Assembly: GCA_023229525.1 (NCBI GenBank)
Contig: JALNZC010000001.1
Span: 31,860 to 95,859 of the forward strand
DNA from: Bacteroidales bacterium
GTDB taxonomy: Bacteria > Bacteroidota > Bacteroidia > Bacteroidales > FEN-979
Reading direction: 5' to 3'
DNA length: 64,000 nucleotides
Part shown: positions 1 through 7,029 of the stretch, one piece after another
Numbering within the stretch: position 1 is the stretch's first letter
Layout: each line of letters starts with the position of its first letter
The notes under the pieces: model-generated
What the model was told of the DNA's origin: nothing
Databases searched by the model: none
Seen by the model: only the letters and a program-made list of their open reading frames with translations
Made by a program: the position numbers and the translations under genes

Positions 1-1278
1 AAACCCATTATTGAGGTCCGGGGAATAAAAAATGGCGAAACAACAAGGCTTTCTGTCTCCAAAGAATTCCTGCCGGGTGAGTTTGTTCTGCGGTTCGATT
101 ACAAAGAAATGGAATCAAGTACACCTTATCCTTCAGAGAAAAATATCTTTATCAATGATCAGGATCTGGAACTGTGGGTAAACCCAAAATACTGTAATAA
201 TACCGATAGTACTTACTTTCAGACAGGAGAAAGAGAAAATTCAGCATTTACAATGTTTTCAAAAGACAATGGCAGACAAAAAGAAAAACTGGGTTTGTTA
301 CAGAACTTTTTGATGAATTATGATGATACGGAATCAAAGTTCTATCGTGAAGGCATCAAAGAATATGAACAGCGCCGGCAAACCTATAACAAGTGGCTGG
401 TATCCCGGGCACAACAGGATAAAGCGCTTTTTGTCAGCAACCTCTATCTTTTTCAATATGTGCCGGAGATACCCTGGAAAGGTACCGAAACCGACCGGAT
501 CAGAAGCATGATTAACCACTATTTTGACGGCATGGATTTCAAGGACCCGTTATTGATTAAAACATCCGACCTGATCAAATGGATGGATAACTATGTCAAC
601 CTGTATGGCCGGCTTTCTACTACCGTTGCCTTGCGTGATTCCTTATTTCCACTGGCAGGCAAAACTGCGATTGAGAAAGCCAGGCAGGGTCATCCGATGG
701 TTTATGGCTGGATGGTGGATTATTTTTTCAGGGGATACGAAACCAACGGTATAACAGCAGGAATGAAAATACTGGAACCATACATGAATGATTCAAACTG
801 CCTAACCTCAAAAAGACAGGAGATTGCCCGGAGATTGAAAGGAATGGAAACCCTTGTGCCGGGAAGCAGCGCACCGGATATCGTAATGAAGGATGTTGAA
901 GGCAGTCTGTTTGACCTTTACAAGCTCGAAACCCGATGTAAATATATCCTTGTCCTTTTCTGGTCGGCCGATTGCAGCCACTGTATGGAGACGATAGATA
1001 AAATATACCCATGGCAGCAACAAACAGATGTTGTTCAGAAAATGACTGTTGTTTCTATCAGCCTGGATGAAACGGAAACAGAGATTAAAGCCTGGGAAAA
1101 GAAGATCCCGGAACTGAAAGGATGGAAACACTTGCGTGCAGCAGAAGGTGTTCGCAGCAAAGAAGCCGGCGATTATTATGTATTAGCCACTCCTGTAATG
1201 GTTTTGCTCGATGCTAAAACCAAAGCAATTGTAGCAATGCCTAATAGCCTTAATGAATTAAAGACCGTCTTGAAGTGA
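1..1278 (+). CDS. Thioredoxin-fold thiol:disulfide oxidoreductase (TlpA/ResA-like, AhpC/TSA family), 5'-partial at window edge
   Basis: Frame 1 is open from nt 1 (KPIIEVRGIKNGETTRL...) into tracked ORF 109..1278, so the start is probably left of the window. C-terminal thioredoxin-like region has CxxC motif FWSADCSHC. Confidence 0.75.
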   Translation, partial: KPIIEVRGIKNGETTRLSVSKEFLPGEFVLRFDYKEMESSTPYPSEKNIFINDQDLELWVNPKYCNNTDSTYFQTGERENSAFTMFSKDNGRQKEKLGLLQNFLMNYDDTESKFYREGIKEYEQRRQTYNKWLVSRAQQDKALFVSNLYLFQYVPEIPWKGTETDRIRSMINHYFDGMDFKDPLLIKTSDLIKWMDNYVNLYGRLSTTVALRDSLFPLAGKTAIEKARQGHPMVYGWMVDYFFRGYETNGITAGMKILEPYMNDSNCLTSKRQEIARRLKGMETLVPGSSAPDIVMKDVEGSLFDLYKLETRCKYILVLFWSADCSHCMETIDKIYPWQQQTDVVQKMTVVSISLDETETEIKAWEKKIPELKGWKHLRAAEGVRSKEAGDYYVLATPVMVLLDAKTKAIVAMPNSLNELKTVLK

Positions 1279-1298
1279 TATTTGGAAAATCAAATCGG

Positions 1299-1634
1299 TT
1301 AAAATCTTTTTTTGAATCCGCCACGTGATTTGTCTCCAAACCTGCCGCCGCCACCGCGTGAATCACTGAAACTGCCGGTTTTGTGCTCTGTTTTCGGACG
1401 GGCTATCGAAACGGTGATTACTTTTCCGTCGAATTCGGCATTGTTTAATTCCTCGATGGCTTTATCAGCCTCCTCATCATTGGGCATTTCAACGAAACCA
1501 AATCCCCTTGATCTTCCCGAAAAATTGTCTTTAATAACTTTAGCTGAAGTAACGGCTCCATAGTCAGCAAACGCCTGTTTCAAATCTTCATCGTTGATCC
1601 TGAAACTTAAATTTGATACAAAAATGTTTTTCAT
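1299..1634 (-). CDS. RRM-type RNA-binding protein with Gly/Arg-rich tail
   Basis: RNP-2 'IFVSNL' and RNP-1 'RGFGFVEM' motifs; C-terminal SRGGGGRFGDKSRGG tail; 111 aa, typical of bacterial Rbp proteins. Confidence 0.9.
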   Translation of the reverse strand: MKNIFVSNLSFRINDEDLKQAFADYGAVTSAKVIKDNFSGRSRGFGFVEMPNDEEADKAIEELNNAEFDGKVITVSIARPKTEHKTGSFSDSRGGGGRFGDKSRGGFKKRF

Positions 1635-1777
1635 GTAATGTTTTTGTGAATGAATACTGATTTATCGGTGATTTTAAGCTTCAATCACGAAAAGGAACCG
1701 ACGGCGATACAACTGCGAGGAGATGATAACGACTGAATGGCTTGCCTTGTGAATCTTTGAATACTCAAAAGCCGGTG

Positions 1778-1785
1778 CAAAGATA
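1778..1785 (-). promoter_or_regulatory. Bacteroidota sigma-A -7 box (TATCTTTG) for the RRM gene
   Basis: Reverse complement of caaagata equals TAnnTTTG consensus; about 145 nt upstream of the ATG, implying a long leader. Confidence 0.45.
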
Positions 1786-1975
1786 GGTATTTAACCCGTA
1801 TGATTCACGTTTTCATTTTAATTCTATCCGTTTTCCTATCCATCTACTGCATTTTCTTTGGGATCACTATTTTTTGACGATCTAAACCCTGCGATTGAAG
1901 GATTGCTTTTCATCAATTCACATATCCGGTCAATGATGGTTTGCGGTTAAAAAAAATGCTTATTATCATAAAGGT

Positions 1976-2662
1976 TCATTCCAGGATATAATCGTAATTC
2001 TGAAGTTGAAGGGTGATGTTCTTTGAGGGGATATATGCTTCGGCATAAGCCATGTAATTCAGACCGTCCCTGAGTCTTGTGAACGTACCTGTAAAGTGAA
2101 CAACATCTCCCAGGAATGTAGTATGGACTTCAATCCTGGAAGTACAGTAATTTATGTCTTCAACCATCCAGGTCATCTGATCTCCTTCTTCCTCTACATT
2201 TCTTCCGGTAAAAACAAATTCATGGGTCGAATCTACCACTTGCCAGGTAGCCGCTGAAATGAACCGTGTGATCTGAGCAGTTTCCTGAAGAAAATATTTT
2301 TTCAGAAAATCTCGTAATCCATAAAGAAATTTCTCGATATTTTCTTTTTCACTTTCGGCAATCTCCCGGATGAGAAAGGCTTTTGGCATTTTAGCGCCCT
2401 GTTCGTTGATAACCTTATGAACAAGCTGACCTTGCTGATCATATTGATTTTTCTCGATCATTATGTTAAGGATCTCTTTGGATTTCAAAATTTCTGTCCG
2501 TGATGTCCAGGAATATTTAGTGAGTAGCTCACTGCTGGTTTTTCTTGACATGAGGATCTGGTTCACCAGCTCCGATATTTCTGCGTCTTTGTTCTGAGCC
2601 TTCAGGTTCTGTGCGAATTGCACTCCAAAGATCATGACAAAAAATAAGATGATTCTTTTCAT
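1976..2662 (-). CDS. Hypothetical secreted protein
   Basis: Tracked ORF 1976..2800. Internal ATG at 2662 starts a signal peptide (MKRIILFFVMIFGVQFAQNLKAQ), so I prefer it over the upstream start. No recognisable domain. Confidence 0.5.
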   Translation of the reverse strand: MKRIILFFVMIFGVQFAQNLKAQNKDAEISELVNQILMSRKTSSELLTKYSWTSRTEILKSKEILNIMIEKNQYDQQGQLVHKVINEQGAKMPKAFLIREIAESEKENIEKFLYGLRDFLKKYFLQETAQITRFISAATWQVVDSTHEFVFTGRNVEEEGDQMTWMVEDINYCTSRIEVHTTFLGDVVHFTGTFTRLRDGLNYMAYAEAYIPSKNITLQLQNYDYILE

Positions 2663-2874
2663 AATCCAATTTTTATCGCTTATCAAACTTACATAATAAT
2701 CACGATTCATACACGCACCGCATAAAAATCCAGCAGATTTATAGAGAAAATTTAATAACAATTTACGATAAATACAGGAAGATTTTATCTGCCTTTTCAT
2801 TTTCTATTTTATCCCCGACAGCTATGGATCAAAGACCAAACCGTATCCGGTAACGCTTTTTGATCAAAATTTCA

Positions 2875-2882
2875 TATCTTTG
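2875..2882 (+). promoter_or_regulatory. -7 box TATCTTTG upstream of the flavin oxidoreductase gene
   Basis: TAnnTTTG match 30 nt upstream of ATG 2912. Confidence 0.5.
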
Positions 2883-2911
2883 AACGAATGTAGATTTAAC
2901 TTTTCATTGTC

Positions 2912-4000
2912 ATGTCACGTCTTTTCACCCCTTTGAAACTCAGGGGAACCTTGCTCCGGAACCGGTTGATGGTTTCTCCGATGTGTCAGTATTCCAGTAT
3001 CGACGGCTTCGCCAATGAATGGCACATGGTCCATTTGGGCAGCAGGGCAATCGGTGGAGCCGGTGTGGTCATGAGCGAAGCAACTGCCGTTTCTCCTGAA
3101 GGCCGCATTTCGGATGTTGACCTCGGCATCTGGAAAGATGCACACATCGGATATTTAAAAATCATTACAAAATTTATTACAGACCATGGCGTGATTCCGG
3201 GGATCCAGCTTGCGCATGCAGGACGTAAAGCAAGCCATACCGCTCCCTGGCAGGGCGACCGATTGCTTTCATCTGAAGAAGGCGGTTGGGATGTGGTTGG
3301 TCCCAGTGCGATCCCTTTCTCCGTCGATATGGCCAACCCTCAGGCGCTTACGCCGGAGGGTATCGCAAAAGTGAAACAGGATTTCATCGCAGCGGCAAAG
3401 CGGGCATTGGTAGCCGGTTTCCAGATTATCGAGATCCATGCGGCCCACGGGTACCTCATTCATGAATTTCTTTCACCACTTAGCAATAAAAGAGAAGATG
3501 AATACGGCGGCCCATTTGAGAACCGGATCCTGTTATTGACGGATATTGTTTCCGGTATCAGGTCCGTCTGGCCGGAAGAAAATCCTTTGTTTGTCCGCAT
3601 CTCTTCTACCGACTGGGTGGAAGGCGGTTGGACCATTGATGATTCGGTCGCACTGGTTCGCATCCTGAAAGGGATGGGTGTGGATCTGATCGACTGCTCG
3701 TCCGGCGGTCTCATCCCCGGTGTGAAAATCCCACTCATTCCCGGTTACCAGGTACCTTTTTCCGAAAAGATCCGTATTGAAACCGGGATCCCAACCGGAG
3801 CCGTGGGTTTGATCACTACGACAGAGCAGGCTGAATCCATCCTGGAAAAAGGGCAAGCCGATCTCGTGATACTTGCACGCGCATTTCTCCGCGATCCTTA
3901 CTTCGCGTTACATGCTGCTTTGGAGCTTGGAGAAGAGATAAAATGGCCGGATCAGTACCTGCGGGGAAAACTATATCCAAAACTGATCCCGAAAAAATAG
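2912..4000 (+). CDS. namA: NADH:flavin oxidoreductase, Old Yellow Enzyme family (YqjM/NamA type)
   Basis: SPMCQYSS near N-terminus, HAAHGYLIHEFLSPLSNKREDEYGG core, TIM-barrel OYE length (362 aa). Confidence 0.9.
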   Translation: MSRLFTPLKLRGTLLRNRLMVSPMCQYSSIDGFANEWHMVHLGSRAIGGAGVVMSEATAVSPEGRISDVDLGIWKDAHIGYLKIITKFITDHGVIPGIQLAHAGRKASHTAPWQGDRLLSSEEGGWDVVGPSAIPFSVDMANPQALTPEGIAKVKQDFIAAAKRALVAGFQIIEIHAAHGYLIHEFLSPLSNKREDEYGGPFENRILLLTDIVSGIRSVWPEENPLFVRISSTDWVEGGWTIDDSVALVRILKGMGVDLIDCSSGGLIPGVKIPLIPGYQVPFSEKIRIETGIPTGAVGLITTTEQAESILEKGQADLVILARAFLRDPYFALHAALELGEEIKWPDQYLRGKLYPKLIPKK

Positions 4001-4112
4001 AAGAATTTTCTGTGCAGCAACAACCTTTCATAATTCGGCGAACCGAAGAACAATGTATTCGTAAGGATTCATTGCTCATGCAATTTTAAGTAAGAATCTT
4101 TCTTTTTTTAAT

Positions 4113-4182
4113 CTCTCCGGGTAAATACCCCGCGCCTTCGGGGCGGAACCCGGGTCCAGGGTGCTGTCCTGGGGTAAATACC
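4113..4182 (-). repeat. Dispersed REP-like element, copy A (inverted relative to copies B and C)
   Basis: Reverse complement (..CCCTGGACCCGGGTTCCGCCCCGAAGGCGCGGGGTATTTACCC..) aligns with 22131..22170. Contains a GC hairpin and a duplicated GGGTAAATACC. Confidence 0.7.
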
Positions 4183-4678
4183 AATTTATTCCACGGGGAG
4201 CAGGAATCTCAACCGATATTGTGTAACCCTCACCGGCTGAATTTGTACGAAAACATGAACCTTGCCGTTCTTTTTATGCCCTACCTTCGCTACAACAGGT
4301 TGTTGGGAGGGTAAGCAAAAGTGTTGAGGCAGAAGATAAAATTCGCAGACAATGATGTGTTAATCAAGCAATTCGGTGCCATTGGTACATTTTATTTTTT
4401 TCATATTCCATAATTGTAGTACTTTTATGCCGGATTAATTTCAATAAAACGAATCAGAAATTTTCTGACCAGGATTTTCGAAATTGAAAACGATAAATGG
4501 ATATTTATGTATTATTCCATGCGCATAGAACCGAAAGATTCCGGAAAAGAATAAAATGCCTTCTTTTAAAATCATTCAAATCCGCAGGAATCCGAATCAT
4601 TTCCCATTTGACAACCTGAAATTATAACAGATAATATGAGTAATCCAGGGTAGTTCCTGATCAGTTAGAAACATTGTT

Positions 4679-5482
4679 ATGAAAACAATTAGCAAAGTTT
4701 TGCTCTTAGCGCTGCTTTCATTGATGATCGTTCCGATTTTTGGACAAAGGTTGAAGGGTAAGGTATTATCATACAGAGATACATATTATTCAGTTTGTGA
4801 AAAATTTGGTAAAATAAAAAAAGGGCCCAAATTAGATGATGCTTTTTCCCATGATCAATATGTTCTTTACGATCAAAACGGAAACATTACCCAATCGATC
4901 GAATATAATTCTGACGGAACAATTTTCTGCAAATACAAGGGAGGAACCGGTTATGAGGATAATAATGTTGAATCTATATATCTAAGGTTTGACCCGGAAA
5001 TAATTATTGACAGAAAACCATTTATTATGGAGTCCGCAATTTATGGTTGGGGGGAAATGTATGAAATGACATACAAAAATGATTCAGTGGGACGACCTAT
5101 ACAAGAAACCATCTTCGATCTCATGGGAAATTTATTATATAAAATAACCATCAAACGAGATGAAAAAGGAAATTCATTGGAAGATAAATATTCCGATGGA
5201 ACTGTAGATCAATACAAATACGACGACAAAGGAAACAGAATAGAATGGGTTTCCCGTTCTTCGTGTGGAAGCACTACCAGAACTTCTGCTAAATATAATG
5301 CATCCGGGAACGTTATCGAAATGATCACTGACAATTTCTTTAAATCCAGATATAAATTTCATTATGAAACGTATACATATAAGTATTTATATGATACTCA
5401 GGGTAATTGGATAGAAAGGATAGATTACGAGAATAACAAACCACAAAAAATAGTAATACGAACGATTGAGTATTCATCATGA
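4679..5482 (+). CDS. Hypothetical secreted protein with YD/MORN-like short repeats
   Basis: Signal peptide MKTISKVLLLALLSLMIVPIFGQ. Recurrent 'Y.YD..GN.IE' units (YVLYDQNGNITQSIEY, YKYDDKGNRIEW, YLYDTQGNWIER). Confidence 0.5.
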   Translation: MKTISKVLLLALLSLMIVPIFGQRLKGKVLSYRDTYYSVCEKFGKIKKGPKLDDAFSHDQYVLYDQNGNITQSIEYNSDGTIFCKYKGGTGYEDNNVESIYLRFDPEIIIDRKPFIMESAIYGWGEMYEMTYKNDSVGRPIQETIFDLMGNLLYKITIKRDEKGNSLEDKYSDGTVDQYKYDDKGNRIEWVSRSSCGSTTRTSAKYNASGNVIEMITDNFFKSRYKFHYETYTYKYLYDTQGNWIERIDYENNKPQKIVIRTIEYSS

Positions 5483-5582
5483 AATGTTCTATTCACATCT
5501 CAAGAATTTTTCTCGATCTGGCGCTGGAAGTATTTCTCAAATAAAATAACATCGCAGGTAATATATTTATTACCTTTATGAA

Positions 5583-5770
5583 ATGAAATGCAAGGAATTG
5601 ATCAGACTCTTAATGCAGGATGGTTGGTTTGTTTCCAGACAATCAGGGAGCCATATGATCATGCGACATCCAAAAAAGATGGTCAGATCGTTGTACCGGA
5701 TCATGGGTCAAGTGAAGTTGGTATTGGGCTTCAAAACAAAATATTAAAAGACGCTGGATTAAAGCAATAA
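5583..5770 (+). pseudogene. hicA: HicA-family toxin split over two frames at an A_AAA_AAG run
   Basis: ATG 5583 frame gives MKCKELIRLLMQDGWFVSRQSGSHMIMRHPKK. The -1 frame from 5678 gives DGQIVVPDHGSSEVGIGLQNKILKDAGLKQ. Joined, they form a canonical 62-aa HicA. The junction is the A6 run at 5672..5677. Confidence 0.8.
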
Positions 5771-5778
5771 CTGATTTT

Positions 5779-6159
5779 ATGAAAAAAATTGAAATAATCA
5801 TTGAGCGAACACATACAGGATATTCGGCATATGCGAATAGTTATCCTGTTGCAACCACAGGGAAAGACTTGATTGAGCTTAAGTCAAATATGGTTGAGGC
5901 AATCAATCTATTTTTTGAAGAAAAAAGGGAGCATGTTTGTGAAAATGATCTAAAAGTGACCTTAGATATTGCTCAGTTCTTCGAGTTTTACAAGGTAATC
6001 AATGCAAAAGCATTTTCAGAGCGCATTGGTATGAATCAAAGTTTACTGGCTCAATACATTAAAGGAATAAAAAAACCTTCCCCGTTACAAACGAAACGGA
6101 TTCTTAAAGGAGTTCAACAAATTGGAAAGGAGTTAGCCGAGATCAGGTTTCTGCTTTAA
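5779..6159 (+). CDS. hicB: HicB-family antitoxin with C-terminal XRE-type HTH
   Basis: N-terminal HicB fold signature (IIIERTHTGYSAYANSYPVATTGKDLIELKSNMVEAI), C-terminal HTH (FSERIGMNQSLLAQYIKGIKKPS); 9 nt downstream of hicA. Confidence 0.8.
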   Translation: MKKIEIIIERTHTGYSAYANSYPVATTGKDLIELKSNMVEAINLFFEEKREHVCENDLKVTLDIAQFFEFYKVINAKAFSERIGMNQSLLAQYIKGIKKPSPLQTKRILKGVQQIGKELAEIRFLL

Positions 6160-6225
6160 GTTATTGCATCGGTATAAAAGATAGTAAATAGTTACTTTTA
6201 CACGCAGTTACTAATAATTCTTACA

Positions 6226-6828
6226 ATGCAAGATACAATAATTAAAGCCGTAGAATTTCTGAAAGAGAATGATCCTGTTTTGAGTGAGATAATATCAAAA
6301 GTAGGACCCTGTACTTTGAAACCATCAGAATCTTTTTTTAAAAACCTGATAAAGTCTGTTATATCTCAACAATTATCTTTATCTGCAGCCAGAACAATTT
6401 GGTCACGGGTTGAAGGTCTTACAGATCAAACTATCGATCCTTCATTTATACTTGATATAGATCAGGAATCATTAAGAAAGGCAGGGTTATCGAATCAAAA
6501 AGTAAAATATGTCAAAGAAATAGCAAGATTTTTTATTGAGGATCCTTTAATCAGTGAAAAGCTCAAAATCATGACCAATGAGGAGATAATCCAAATGTTA
6601 ACAAAAATAAAAGGAGTTGGAATTTGGACAGCACAAATGTTCCTTATTTTTTCTCTTTGCAGAACAGATGTTCTCCCAGTGGATGACCTTGGGCTGAAGA
6701 AGTCTCTCAAGATTCATTACTTGAATCAAATTGAAAGTGAACCTTTACATTTGGTCGATATTGCTCAAAAATGGGGAGGATTCAGTACAATTGCCTGCTG
6801 GTATTTATGGAAAGCGTTGGATGTTTAA
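6226..6828 (+). CDS. HhH-GPD DNA glycosylase (3-methyladenine glycosylase II / AlkA-like)
   Basis: Helix-hairpin-helix LTKIKGVGIWTAQMFLIF followed by the catalytic-Asp segment VLPVDDLGLKK; 200 aa. Confidence 0.8.
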   Translation: MQDTIIKAVEFLKENDPVLSEIISKVGPCTLKPSESFFKNLIKSVISQQLSLSAARTIWSRVEGLTDQTIDPSFILDIDQESLRKAGLSNQKVKYVKEIARFFIEDPLISEKLKIMTNEEIIQMLTKIKGVGIWTAQMFLIFSLCRTDVLPVDDLGLKKSLKIHYLNQIESEPLHLVDIAQKWGGFSTIACWYLWKALDV

Positions 6829-7029
6829 GAAGGAAATACCGGTTTGAACTTTCAGACAATGCATTACCTCCCGGCTTGGATGAAAGAAAGAACTGGAATG
6901 GTTGTGTGATGAAAATTCTACCATTCGGGTTTTAACTTTTTCAATACCCGATTGATGGATAGTTCGGGATAATCAATGAGGTCTTTGGAACATAATAGAT
7001 GTCCTCTGAATATTTAAAAACAATGTAAT

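Noticed and set aside
2663-2800. N-terminal 46-codon extension of ORF 1976..2800
   Set aside because: The extension is Cys/Tyr/Lys-rich and precedes a perfectly good signal peptide beginning at Met47. The internal start is more plausible.
4001-4678. Search for an ncRNA (tmRNA, RNase P, SRP, 6S) or tRNA in the long gap, and in other gaps
   Set aside because: I could not recognise any conserved cores by eye (for example GAGGAAAGUCC of RNase P, tRNA T-loop GGTTCGAATCC with acceptor pairing, or a tmRNA tag). A covariance-model scan would be needed to exclude them.
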